NCBI GenBank assembly: GCA_963662715.1
Contig: OY759724.1
Coordinates: 2,250,001 to 2,282,000, forward strand
Length of the DNA: 32,000 nucleotides
Direction: 5' to 3'
Source: Candidatus Omnitrophota bacterium
Lineage (GTDB): Bacteria; Omnitrophota; Gorgyraeia; Zapsychrales; JANLHA01
The notes below the pieces were generated by a model, which was not told the DNA's origin, searched no databases, and saw only the letters and a program-made list of their open reading frames with translations. A program made the translations under genes and the position numbers. Of this stretch, positions 9,812-18,706 are shown piece after piece. The first letter of the stretch is position 1. Each line of letters begins with the position of its first letter.

Positions 9812-11035
9812 ATGCCGTTAGGAATAAAATCCTTTTTAGACCAAACAAGGCAACGGACTCTTTCACGAACCGTTATGGTTTTGTTTGTTATGTCCCTCCT
9901 GGGGGGCGGATGTCCTCATCCGGCTTCGGCCCGGGACGATGATACGACGGTCCGTATTGCGATTTTAAAAGATGTGAAACAGGCGGACATGAAGATCCCC
10001 CGGGGCTATGAAATTATCGATCCGCTGACGTCGCAACAATTGGAAGAGGGCCGCCGCGGGTTGTCCCGGACAGAAATTTCCGCAGGCCCGGACGGGATAC
10101 GGCTGGGGGCCAGGCTTTTTAAAGTCAAGAGGATCCGTTTCATCCCGCGCCAGTATTTTTCATTGTTTGCGGATAGGAAAGAACGAAAGTATCGCGGGGC
10201 GGTTGACGTTCTTTTGACCGAAACCCAGCAGCTTTTATTTGTTAATGTTATCAGTATAGAGAGTTATATTAAAGGGGTTCTTTATCACGAGGTTTCTCAC
10301 CGCTGGCCCCTGGAGGCGATAAAGGCCCAGGCCGTTGCCGCCAGGACCTATGCGGCTTTTCAGATACAGCAGAACAAGAAAAAAGATTATGATATGACAA
10401 ACGATATCTATTCCCAGGTTTATGGAGGAAAGACGTCTGAACGGTATCGGACAAATCTGGCAGTGCAAAGGACCCAGGGGGATATCCTCGTCTTTGACGG
10501 AAAGATTCTTCCGGCGTATTACCATGCTACCTGCGGCGGCCGCACCGAGGATGTCCAGGAGGTCTGGAAACATAATCTGTACCCTTTGAAGGGAGTCCGC
10601 TGCGTTTTTTGTTCCCATTCGCCGCATTATTTCTGGAAAAAAAATATTCAGCTGCAGGAGATCCAGGAAAAGCTGAATCAACACGGACACAAGATAGGTC
10701 TTATAAAAAGTATAGAAATCCGCGAGCATACGTCTTCCGGCCGGGTTAAAACTCTGGAGATCGTGGGCCGCAAGGGTGAGAAACTGACATTGTCTGGGAA
10801 AGATTTCCGGGAGATCATGGGCCCTAATGTGCTTCGTAGCAACGATTACCGCGTATTTATGAAAGGATATTATTGTGATTTTATCGGGAAAGGATGGGGG
10901 CACGGTGTCGGCATGTGTCAGTGGGGTGCGATGGGGATGGCCCGGCAGCAGTACAGTTACGACGCCATATTGACCTATTATTATCCCGGGTCTGAGCTGA
11001 AAACGTTGTCAGAGGTTAAACACTTATTAAAGTGA
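9812..11035 (+). CDS. SpoIID/LytB-domain protein (cell-wall amidase enhancer / lytic transglycosylase family), secreted
   Basis: An N-terminal hydrophobic signal-like segment is followed by SpoIID hallmarks: EAIKAQAVAARTYA, YHATCGGRTE and GHGVGMCQWGA. I chose ATG 9812 because the TTG at 9797 overlaps the preceding ORF. Confidence 0.85.
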   Translation: MPLGIKSFLDQTRQRTLSRTVMVLFVMSLLGGGCPHPASARDDDTTVRIAILKDVKQADMKIPRGYEIIDPLTSQQLEEGRRGLSRTEISAGPDGIRLGARLFKVKRIRFIPRQYFSLFADRKERKYRGAVDVLLTETQQLLFVNVISIESYIKGVLYHEVSHRWPLEAIKAQAVAARTYAAFQIQQNKKKDYDMTNDIYSQVYGGKTSERYRTNLAVQRTQGDILVFDGKILPAYYHATCGGRTEDVQEVWKHNLYPLKGVRCVFCSHSPHYFWKKNIQLQEIQEKLNQHGHKIGLIKSIEIREHTSSGRVKTLEIVGRKGEKLTLSGKDFREIMGPNVLRSNDYRVFMKGYYCDFIGKGWGHGVGMCQWGAMGMARQQYSYDAILTYYYPGSELKTLSEVKHLLK

Positions 11036-11129
11036 TTTGTGTGTCCCGGAGTCTTGGGCGGTCGCAAGAAGATCCGGGAGCCTTCCTCCGTAATCCTTCA
11101 ATGATGTTTTTGTTTTTCAGGTGACGTTC

Positions 11130-12140
11130 ATGCAGTTAAAACATTTTATTTATGATTTGCCGGAAAACCTGATCGCTCAGCAGCCGCTTCCGGACCGGAC
11201 GCAAGCGAGACTTATGGTCGTGGATCGAGAAAGAAGGACATTGATTCATGACCGCTTTGAAAATATCGGCCATTTTCTGCCGGATCAGGCTGTCTTGGTC
11301 CTGAATAACAGCAAAGTTGTTCCGGCCCGATTAAAAGGCATCAAACAGCGGTCCGGTGGCCAGGTGGAGCTGTTTCTTTTGCGGAAGTTGTCCGACGGGT
11401 TTTCCTTCGAAGTTCTTATGCGGCCGACCCGGCGCATCAAAACAGGGGATGTCATCCTGTTTCCCGGCACGCGTTTAAAAGCGGTCATTATAGACGTTCC
11501 CGGGAGGATTGTCCGCTTTTCCAGCCGTGCCGTTCAGCAACAGCTTTTTCGTGTCGGGCATATGCCTTTACCCCCGTATATCAAGCGCATGGACACGGCG
11601 GAGGACAAGGTCTATTATCAGACCGTTTATGCCAGGCACGCGGGTTCGGTTGCCGCCCCGACGGCAGGGTTGCATTTTAGCAAAGAACTGCTGGCAGATT
11701 TAAAAGGACAGGGGCATGATACCGCAGAAGTGACCCTGCATATTAATTATGCAACGTTCAAGCCTGTTGAGGAAAAGGATATCACTCAGCATGAGATGCA
11801 CCAGGAAACTTATTCTGTTTCAAAAGTGAATTATGAAAAGGTCGAGCTGGCTAGAAAAGAGCGTCGTCCCGTTTGCGCTGTCGGAACAACGAGCTGCCGC
11901 GTCCTGGAATCCGTCGCCATAACGCAACGCTTAAGGGGAACAACAAACCTGTTCCTTTATCCGGGCTGTTCCTTTAAAATGGTTGACCATCTGCTGACGA
12001 ATTTCCATCTGCCGCAGAGTTCGCTGCTTATGCTTGTGTATGCTTTCGGCGGAATGACATTAATGAAAAGAGCTTACCGGGAAGCTATCCGGCGGCAGTA
12101 CCGCTTTTACAGTTATGGGGATGCCATGCTTATTTTATGA
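11130..12140 (+). CDS. queA: S-adenosylmethionine:tRNA ribosyltransferase-isomerase QueA
   Basis: FIYDLPENLIAQQPLPDRTQARLMV, TAGLHF, GTTSCRVLES and the C-terminal FYSYGDAMLI are present. AGGTGA lies 6 nt upstream of ATG 11130; GTG 11121 is an alternative start. Confidence 0.93.
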   Translation: MQLKHFIYDLPENLIAQQPLPDRTQARLMVVDRERRTLIHDRFENIGHFLPDQAVLVLNNSKVVPARLKGIKQRSGGQVELFLLRKLSDGFSFEVLMRPTRRIKTGDVILFPGTRLKAVIIDVPGRIVRFSSRAVQQQLFRVGHMPLPPYIKRMDTAEDKVYYQTVYARHAGSVAAPTAGLHFSKELLADLKGQGHDTAEVTLHINYATFKPVEEKDITQHEMHQETYSVSKVNYEKVELARKERRPVCAVGTTSCRVLESVAITQRLRGTTNLFLYPGCSFKMVDHLLTNFHLPQSSLLMLVYAFGGMTLMKRAYREAIRRQYRFYSYGDAMLIL

Positions 12141-12312
12141 CGGGGGCACAAGATGCCTTTATATGCAGAATAACCGGGGACCCCATTCCGGCGGTCCAGA
12201 TGCTTGAGAGGGTGGATGCCTTGGCCAACCGGCCGTTACCTTTTTTGGCTTTGGGACACGCAGCATAAAATTTTTAACGAGATACCATGCACAAGAGGCG
12301 TATTTTACAAAT

Positions 12313-13449
12313 ATGGAATTCCAGGTTTTAAAAACAGATTCTCAGACACCGGCGAGGCGTGGCTGTCTGAAGACGCCCCACGGCATCATCCAGTCGCCTT
12401 TTTTCATGCCGGTCGGGACGAACGCAACGGTCAAAGGTATTTCCGCCGAAGAGTTGATTGGAATGGGTTCCCAACTGATGCTGTCAAACACATACCATTT
12501 ATTCTTAAGGCCCGGGATGGATATTATCAGGTCTTTTGGCGGTTTGCACGGGTTTATGAATTGGCCGAAGCCCTTATTGACCGACAGCGGAGGATATCAG
12601 GTCTTTAGCCTGGCACAGTTCCGGAAAATTACGGATGAAGGCGTGAAATTTCAGTCGCACATTGACGGGAGAAAACATTTCCTGTCCCCGGAAGATGTTT
12701 TGGCCATTGAACAGGTTTTAGGGTCTGATATGATTATGCCGCTTGATGAATGCGCACCCTATCCTTGTGAGTATCATGAAGCGAAGCGTTCTGTGACAAG
12801 AACGTCGCTTTGGGCCGAACGCTCCCGGGCTTATTATCAGACTCATATGGCGTCCGAGCAGCGGCAATGGCTTTTCGGCATTATTCAGGGAGCCGTGTAT
12901 GAGGACTTAAGACGAAAATCCGCGCAAGATATACTGGACATCGGGTTTGACGGCTACGCCATCGGAGGGGTCAGCGTTGGAGAGCCGATTCATCTTATGT
13001 TTGAAACCGTGGACTGGGTCGCGCCTCTTTTGCCGGCGGAGAAGCCCCGTTACTTGATGGGGATCGGGATGCCGGACCAGATCGTTCACGCCGTATCCAA
13101 AGGCATTGATATGTTTGACACCTGTATCCCGACCCGGTACGGCCGGCACGGATCAGTTTTTACCCGGAAAGGCCGCAAAATACTTTTAAATGCCGAGTAT
13201 GCCGATGATCAAAGACCCATTGATGAAGACTGCGACTGTTTTGTGTGCCGGACATATTCCCGGAGTTATCTTAGACATCTGATGAAAGCCGGGGAGATGC
13301 TAGGGTTGCGCCTGCTTTCCTACCACAATCTGTTTTTTTATATTCACCTGATGCAGGATATCCGTCAAGCCATCGAAAAGGAGTCTTTCGCGGAATTTCA
13401 CCGGTCGTTCTTGCGTGAATACGGCTCGGAATTGTATAATGAACTCTAA
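12313..13449 (+). CDS. tgt: Queuine tRNA-ribosyltransferase Tgt
   Basis: TPHGIIQSPFFMPVGT, LTDSGGYQVFSL, PLDEC and the zinc motif CDCFVC...H are present. It is adjacent to queA. Confidence 0.95.
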   Translation: MEFQVLKTDSQTPARRGCLKTPHGIIQSPFFMPVGTNATVKGISAEELIGMGSQLMLSNTYHLFLRPGMDIIRSFGGLHGFMNWPKPLLTDSGGYQVFSLAQFRKITDEGVKFQSHIDGRKHFLSPEDVLAIEQVLGSDMIMPLDECAPYPCEYHEAKRSVTRTSLWAERSRAYYQTHMASEQRQWLFGIIQGAVYEDLRRKSAQDILDIGFDGYAIGGVSVGEPIHLMFETVDWVAPLLPAEKPRYLMGIGMPDQIVHAVSKGIDMFDTCIPTRYGRHGSVFTRKGRKILLNAEYADDQRPIDEDCDCFVCRTYSRSYLRHLMKAGEMLGLRLLSYHNLFFYIHLMQDIRQAIEKESFAEFHRSFLREYGSELYNEL

Positions 13450-13467
13450 CAGAATCATGAGGCGGGT

Positions 13468-14154
13468 ATGATTAATTTTGATGTCATCACGATTTTTCCG
13501 GAGATATTTGCGCCGGTCTTAAATGAGTCGATCATGAAGAGGGCGCAAGCCAAGAAAAAAGTGCGTATAAGGGTTCATGATTTAAGGGCGTATTCTCAGG
13601 ATAAACATAAAAAGGTTGACGACCGTCCTTTCGGCGGAGGGCCCGGGATGGTGATGACGCCGCAGCCCTTCTATGATGCCGTGAAAAAGGTTAAGGGCCG
13701 GCGTAAAGCTGAAGTCCTGTTAATGTGTCCGGGGGGAACTCCGTTCAGTCAAAGAAAAGCACGGCAGTTGGTTAAGCAAAGAAATATCATTATCCTTTGC
13801 GGTCACTATGAAGGTATTGATGAGCGTGTCCGCCAGACGGTCGTTGACGAAAGTCTATCTATCGGGGACTATATTTTGACCGGAGGAGAGCTGCCGGCCA
13901 TGATCGTTATCGATGCTGTCACGCGGCTTATCCCGGGAGTCCTGGGGAAGGAAGCCTCTTTGCAGGACGAGTCTTTTGAAAGAGGTCTTATCGAATATCC
14001 TCAATATACACGGCCGGCTGATTTCAGGGGGTTGAAAGTGCCTGATATCCTGCTGTCCGGGCATCACCGCCAGATCAGTCAATGGCGGCAGGCGCAGTCT
14101 TTAAAAAGAACGAAAAAGGTCCGTCCGGACCTTTTAAAAGATGAAGCCCCTTAA
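13468..14154 (+). CDS. trmD: tRNA (guanine37-N1)-methyltransferase TrmD
   Basis: [50 protein letters not shown] and LLSGHH are present. Confidence 0.95.
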   Translation: MINFDVITIFPEIFAPVLNESIMKRAQAKKKVRIRVHDLRAYSQDKHKKVDDRPFGGGPGMVMTPQPFYDAVKKVKGRRKAEVLLMCPGGTPFSQRKARQLVKQRNIIILCGHYEGIDERVRQTVVDESLSIGDYILTGGELPAMIVIDAVTRLIPGVLGKEASLQDESFERGLIEYPQYTRPADFRGLKVPDILLSGHHRQISQWRQAQSLKRTKKVRPDLLKDEAP

Positions 14155-14222
14155 CAGAAACCTTCCCGAGGCTGTTTGAACGGCTTAAGTTTGCTGAACC
14201 ACGGATTTATTTCGCAAATTAT

Positions 14223-15134
14223 ATGAACAGACGCATGGCCCAGAAAACAAAATCAGTTGATCATCAGGCCTGGAATGTGTCCCGGAGTCTTATGGACGTT
14301 GTGGATTATCTCCCGGACCCGTGTTTTGTCATTGACCGGGAAAAGAAAGTGATCGCCTGGAACCGGGGCATGGAACAGTTAACGGGCGTCCCCCGTCATC
14401 AGATGCTGGGAAAAGGGCAGTATGAATATGCGGTTCCTTTTTATGGCGAACGCCGGCCGATTCTCATTGATCTTGTCCTAGAAAGCCAGGAGGAGATTGA
14501 GCGGCAGTATCATATTGTTCAAAAGAGCCCGGGTGTTTTGGAGGCGGAAACAACGGCCGCGCGCATAAAAGGAAAAAATGTCTTTATCTGGGGCCGGGCC
14601 AGTATATTGCGCGACGCAAGGGGCCATATTGTCGGGGCGATAGAAACGATTCGTGATATTACCGATATTAAAAAAATAGAGGCGGCTCTTAAGGAATCGG
14701 AAGGGCGTTTATTGCAACAGAAATCAGCTTTAGAACAGAAAAATGTTGATTTGAAAGATATTCTCGAACAGGTTGAACAGGAAAAAAGAAAAATTAAAGA
14801 AGACGTGATGGATAATGTTGAGCATATTTTGCTCCCCTTGGTCAAGAAGATCAAGCTTAAAGGGGCATCTCAAAAGTATGCCAAATTGCTGCAGCAGGCC
14901 CTTGAACACATTACCTCGTCTTTCGGCAAAGAACTTTCCCGTCCGGTCTATGGCCTGACAAACCGGGAGATTGAAATTTGTCACATGATCAAAAACGGGT
15001 TGAGCGGCAAAGAAATAGCTGTTTTATTAAACCTGTCTTTTAACACTGTAGAGATGCACCGGAAGAATATTCGGCGTAAACTTGGCCTTTCTCATCAAAA
15101 GATTAATTTAATGACTTTTTTGCAGCAAGTGTAG
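14223..15134 (+). CDS. PAS-domain, coiled-coil, LuxR/GerE-type HTH transcriptional regulator
   Basis: The N-terminal PAS-like fold (FVIDREKKVIAWNRGMEQLTG...GAIETIRDITD) is followed by a heptad-rich linker. The C-terminal LTNREIEICHMIKNGLSGKEIAVLLNLSFNTVEMHRKNIRRKLG is a LuxR-family HTH. Confidence 0.8.
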   Translation: MNRRMAQKTKSVDHQAWNVSRSLMDVVDYLPDPCFVIDREKKVIAWNRGMEQLTGVPRHQMLGKGQYEYAVPFYGERRPILIDLVLESQEEIERQYHIVQKSPGVLEAETTAARIKGKNVFIWGRASILRDARGHIVGAIETIRDITDIKKIEAALKESEGRLLQQKSALEQKNVDLKDILEQVEQEKRKIKEDVMDNVEHILLPLVKKIKLKGASQKYAKLLQQALEHITSSFGKELSRPVYGLTNREIEICHMIKNGLSGKEIAVLLNLSFNTVEMHRKNIRRKLGLSHQKINLMTFLQQV

Positions 15135-15140
15135 GCCTTA

Positions 15141-15172
15141 TCAGTTATATTTACTAACCGAAATATAACTGA
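15141..15172 (+). terminator. Perfect 12-bp stem, 8-nt loop hairpin directly after the PAS-LuxR gene (possible intrinsic terminator or palindromic binding site)
   Basis: The sequence is TCAGTTATATTT-actaaccg-AAATATAACTGA followed by TTT. The stem is AT-rich and the T-tract is short, so terminator function is uncertain. Confidence 0.4.
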
Positions 15173-15191
15173 TTTACCCCTGTTGCAATAT

Positions 15192-15254
15192 CCTTTAAAT
15201 GCGGTATCCTGTATACTCAAAACGTGGAGTTTTTTTATCTGTCGCATTTAAAGG
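15192..15254. repeat. 12-bp perfect inverted repeat pair separated by 39 nt in the rex upstream region
   Basis: CCTTTAAATGCG (15192-15203) and CGCATTTAAAGG (15243-15254) are exact reverse complements. The right arm overlaps an AAAGGAGG Shine-Dalgarno-like string that has no credible ORF behind it. Confidence 0.5.
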
Positions 15255-15278
15255 AGGCGAATATTTTTTTGCGTTTTT

Positions 15279-15296
15279 ATGTGACGATTTTCACAA
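15279..15296. promoter_or_regulatory. Rex operator (ROP box) upstream of rex
   Basis: ATGTGACGATTTTCACAA matches the published Rex consensus TTGTGAA-N4-TTCACAA at 12 of 14 specified positions with the correct half-site spacing. It lies 17 nt upstream of the rex ATG. Confidence 0.7.
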
Positions 15297-15312
15297 AAAA
15301 TGAGACAATATA

Positions 15313-15969
15313 ATGAATTTACCGCAAAGAATATCAGGGGTTAATAAAAACAGTATCCCGCGTTTGGTTCAATATAGACACGTGCTCAAGAGAATATCAG
15401 ATTCCGGAAGAATACGGGTTTATTCAAACGATTTAGCGGAGGCGATCGGAATTACCGCAGCGCAAGTACGAAAGGATTTTTCGCTTTTCGGTATTATTGG
15501 TAAAAAAAGAGGCGGTTATGATGTCCACGATCTTCTGGTGGTTATTCAGAAAATTCTCGGTTTTCAGCAAGGACAGGATGTCGTTATCGTAGGCATGGGG
15601 CATTTAGGCACGGCGCTTAGCAATTATAAAGGTTTCGGGGAAGAGGGCATTTGTATCAAGGCTGGTTTTGATACGGATGCGGATAAATGCGGCACCCGGG
15701 GACATATCCCGGTGTATCCTTTCTCAGAGTGTCTTAAATATATTACGGACCATCATATTAAGGTGGGAATCATTGCCGTCCCTGCAGGAGCGGCTCAAAA
15801 GGTTCTGAATGTTATGTTGCTCGGAGGAATTGAGGGAGTCTTAAATTTTGCTCCGGTCCACCTGTTTGCCGACCAGCCCTGTGTGATTCATGATGTGAAT
15901 TTAATGGTGGAACTGGAATCTTTGCTGTATTTTGTCAACGCTTTAAATACCCGGGAGCACAATCCATGA
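15313..15969 (+). CDS. rex: Redox-sensing transcriptional repressor Rex
   Basis: An N-terminal winged helix (IPRLVQYRHVLKRI...SNDLAEAIGITAAQVRKDFS) is followed by the Rossmann motif VVIVGMGHLGTAL. The size (218 aa) is typical. Confidence 0.9.
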   Translation: MNLPQRISGVNKNSIPRLVQYRHVLKRISDSGRIRVYSNDLAEAIGITAAQVRKDFSLFGIIGKKRGGYDVHDLLVVIQKILGFQQGQDVVIVGMGHLGTALSNYKGFGEEGICIKAGFDTDADKCGTRGHIPVYPFSECLKYITDHHIKVGIIAVPAGAAQKVLNVMLLGGIEGVLNFAPVHLFADQPCVIHDVNLMVELESLLYFVNALNTREHNP

Positions 15970-17798
15970 ATATGATTATACGTCTGAGGACATATATTGT
16001 GTTGCTTTTACTGGCGTTGATTCTTTTTTGGGGCCTCTGCATGTCTTTGTACAGTTTCTTTGTGCTGAAGACTTTTATTATCGGTGAGGCGCAGAAAGAA
16101 GTTCAGCTAAAACTTAAAACGGTCCGGACGGTTTATCAGGATTATTTGAAGTCTATGGCTTTGAATTTCACTTTAATCGAGAAAGATGATGATATTCAGG
16201 CTTTAAAAAATAATTTGAAACTGGATTACCTTCGCTGGATTGCCCTTCCCGAAGCTTCCTCGTCATCCAGTGAAATCGTGCAAGCTGTTTTCCGTGAGGG
16301 CCGGGCCTTTGGAGCAACACGGGTGTTGTCGGCAGAGGAATTGGCGGCACAGCCGCAGGATTTTCTCATTCGGATTAGAGAAACCCCGAAAGCCCTCCAG
16401 TCTGACCGGAAGGTTTTAGATACCGCGTTGAGTCTTGAATATGTGCGGCCGTTTTTTGACGAACAGGGCCGGGTCGATAAAGTGCTTTGCGGGGGATGGA
16501 TTATTAATAAGAATTTTAACTTAATCGACCGGATCAAAAATTCAGTTTTCCGAAAGGAATTATACGAAGACAAACCGGTGGGAACAGTGACGATTTTTCA
16601 GGACGACGTCCGCGTCGCCACGAATGTTTTGGATAAAGAGGGACGCCGCGCGATCGGCACGCGGGTGTCTGCGGAAGTGTATCACAAAGTCATCGAAGAA
16701 AAAGGCACCTGGATTGACCGGGCTTTTGTTGTCACGGACTGGTATCTTACAGCGTATGAGCCGATCAAGGATATCCGGGGCAAGATTATCGGGATCCTTT
16801 ATGTCGGTATTTTGGAAAAACCTTTTCTTGCGATTCAGCAGCGGATGTTTTTAAGTCTTGTGACGATTATTCTTTTGACGGCATTGCCGACCCTGGGGGT
16901 CGCGTTTCTGCTGTCGAATGTCATGATCCGTCCCTTGACCGCTTTGGCGAAAAAAAGCAAAAAGATCGCCCAGGGAGATATGAAAACTTCGGTCAGCGTT
17001 GACTCTCTTATCAGGGAAATAAAGACACTGACCGTGACTTTTGATGATATGATCGAAAAACTTTCCGAACGGGAACAGACGCTCGCAGTCACCAATGACA
17101 AACTGGCGGTATTGAATAAACGTTATCTGGACCTGATCGGATTCGTGTCACATGAATTGAAAGGTATTTTATCGTCGATTGTGCTTAATACCTATTTGCT
17201 GCAAAAAGGCATCCCGGGGCCGGTAAACGCAAAGCAGCAACGGGTCTTAACGTCGATGGCCCGGAATCTGGACTACCTTGCCGTGACAGTTAAGAATTTT
17301 TTGAACCTCAGCCGCATTGAGAAAGATGAAATGCGGGTCGATAAACAGGATATCCTGTTCAAGGAGCATGTCCTGGACACCGCCCTGGATACGTTCCAAC
17401 AGCAAATTGAAGAAAAAAAGATGCGGATGGTCTGTGACGTTCCCGACAATCTGGTTATTCACGCTGATCCCGGACTTATGCAAATCGTCGTTAACAATTT
17501 GCTGAGCAATGCCTTAAAATACGGTAAGGAAGGCGGAGAAATCCGCATACGGGCGCAGGGCGGTGATAAAGGGGTGGAGGCTACAGTCTATAACGACGGA
17601 ATACCTATCGCCGAAGTCGACAGACAGAAGCTTTTTAAGAAATTTTCGCGCATCGTGTACCGGGGGATGGAAAAAGTCAAAGGGACTGGAATCGGGCTGT
17701 TTATCACGAAAGAAATTATTCAACGACACGGCGGGACTTTGACCGTAGAACCGGGGCTGGAAGGGAATCAGTTCCGGTTTACGATCCCTCCGGCATAA
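15966..17798 (+). CDS. Sensor histidine kinase with N-terminal TM, extracytoplasmic Cache-type sensor, second TM, HAMP, HisKA and HATPase_c domains
   Basis: Two hydrophobic segments bracket about 270 aa that carry Cache-like signatures (GTVTIFQDDVRVATNV, GTRVS, AYEPIKDIRGKIIGILYVG). The H-box is FVSHELKGIL, the N-box is NLLSNALKYG and the G-boxes include GTGIGLFITKEI. The start overlaps the rex stop (ATGA). Confidence 0.88.
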   Translation: MNMIIRLRTYIVLLLLALILFWGLCMSLYSFFVLKTFIIGEAQKEVQLKLKTVRTVYQDYLKSMALNFTLIEKDDDIQALKNNLKLDYLRWIALPEASSSSSEIVQAVFREGRAFGATRVLSAEELAAQPQDFLIRIRETPKALQSDRKVLDTALSLEYVRPFFDEQGRVDKVLCGGWIINKNFNLIDRIKNSVFRKELYEDKPVGTVTIFQDDVRVATNVLDKEGRRAIGTRVSAEVYHKVIEEKGTWIDRAFVVTDWYLTAYEPIKDIRGKIIGILYVGILEKPFLAIQQRMFLSLVTIILLTALPTLGVAFLLSNVMIRPLTALAKKSKKIAQGDMKTSVSVDSLIREIKTLTVTFDDMIEKLSEREQTLAVTNDKLAVLNKRYLDLIGFVSHELKGILSSIVLNTYLLQKGIPGPVNAKQQRVLTSMARNLDYLAVTVKNFLNLSRIEKDEMRVDKQDILFKEHVLDTALDTFQQQIEEKKMRMVCDVPDNLVIHADPGLMQIVVNNLLSNALKYGKEGGEIRIRAQGGDKGVEATVYNDGIPIAEVDRQKLFKKFSRIVYRGMEKVKGTGIGLFITKEIIQRHGGTLTVEPGLEGNQFRFTIPPA

Positions 17799-17819
17799 AA
17801 AACATGGATGAGGATTGTT

Positions 17820-18701
17820 ATGAAAAACAAAATTTTGCTTATTGATGACGATCAGGATTTTCTTGAAGCGACGACGTTGCTTTTAGATGCTAGCGGTTAC
17901 GAGGTGATCTCGGCGACAAACGGGCTGGAAGGGTTTAAGAAGGTCAAAAATGACTCTCCGGACCTTATCCTGCTGGACATGATGATGACCTATGAAACCG
18001 AAGGCGCAGAGACGGCCAAGGCTTTTGCCGAGGACGCGACGCTTCATGATATACCGGTGGTTATGATTACCGGAGCAAAGCGCGATAAAAGCTTTCCGGT
18101 GGAATTAAGGCCGGACCAGAAGAATTTGCCGGTAAAAATGGTGTTGGAAAAACCCGTGAACCCCGAGCGTCTGCTGAAAGTCGTGCAGATGTTTATCCGC
18201 CGTTCCGGCAATGAACACCGTCAGTTCGTAGGGGGGATTTCCGACATTGCTGCCAAATGGAAAGAGATGGACGGGAATCTTATTATGATCCTGCATGAAA
18301 TTCAGAACACGTACGGTTATGTCCCCCGGGATGTTTCCTTTGAATTGAGCCGTATCCTGGATGTGCCCCTGGCCCGGATTTATGAGGTGATCACTTTTTA
18401 TAATTATTTTAAGTTAGAGCCTCCGGGGAAACATATGATCTCCGTATGCATGGGGACGGCCTGTTATCTTAAGGGCGGGGCCGAGATCCTGGAGGAGCTG
18501 AAAAATGTCCTGCATGTCGAGGAAGGCGAAACAACAAAAGACGGGTTTTTCCTCGTGCAGTCTGTCCGCTGCCTGGGGTGTTGCGGACTGGCTCCGGTGA
18601 TGATGATTGACGAAAAGATATACGGGAAAGTTCAAAAGAAAGATATCGTCGATATCTTGTCACAATATACGAATAAGGCTGATGTTCCAGCAGAAAGGTA
18701 A
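17820..18701 (+). CDS. Response-regulator receiver domain fused to the NuoE-like [2Fe-2S] hydrogenase subunit (REC-HydC)
   Basis: The N-terminal REC domain carries IDDDQD, the phosphoacceptor context PDLILLDMMM, VMITG and EKP. The C-terminal half is NuoE/HydC (ILHEIQNTYGYVP, YEVITFYNYF) with the cluster ligands CMGTAC and CLGCCGLAP. GAGGA lies 5 nt upstream of ATG 17820; ATG 17808 is an alternative start. Confidence 0.85.
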   Translation: MKNKILLIDDDQDFLEATTLLLDASGYEVISATNGLEGFKKVKNDSPDLILLDMMMTYETEGAETAKAFAEDATLHDIPVVMITGAKRDKSFPVELRPDQKNLPVKMVLEKPVNPERLLKVVQMFIRRSGNEHRQFVGGISDIAAKWKEMDGNLIMILHEIQNTYGYVPRDVSFELSRILDVPLARIYEVITFYNYFKLEPPGKHMISVCMGTACYLKGGAEILEELKNVLHVEEGETTKDGFFLVQSVRCLGCCGLAPVMMIDEKIYGKVQKKDIVDILSQYTNKADVPAER

Positions 18702-18706
18702 ATGAT

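Noticed and set aside
12141-12312. Possible preQ1 riboswitch or terminator in the 172-bp queA-tgt spacer (GGCC-aacc-GGCC followed by T6 at 12223-12246).
   Set aside because: I saw no preQ1-I/II core (no conserved loop plus A-rich tail). The hairpin has only a 4-bp stem and is separated from the T-run by 6 nt. This is too weak to call.
12204-12608. A 134-aa + strand ORF spanning the queA-tgt spacer and the 5' end of tgt.
   Set aside because: It has a TTG start, no ribosome-binding site and no recognisable domain. It overlaps the clearly genuine tgt by about 300 nt in another frame.
14155-14222. Mobile-element boundaries (att-like direct repeats, IS ends, integrase, tRNA) flanking the hydrogenase module, also looked for at 23803-23862.
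   Set aside because: I could find no shared direct repeat between the two junctions and no recombinase or tRNA gene. The insertion idea therefore rests on gene order only, which is stated in the finding.
15309-15314. A perfect TATAAT hexamer near rex.
   Set aside because: It overlaps the rex ATG itself (15313-15315), so it cannot serve as the -10 element for rex. No matching -35 element was found at the correct spacing.
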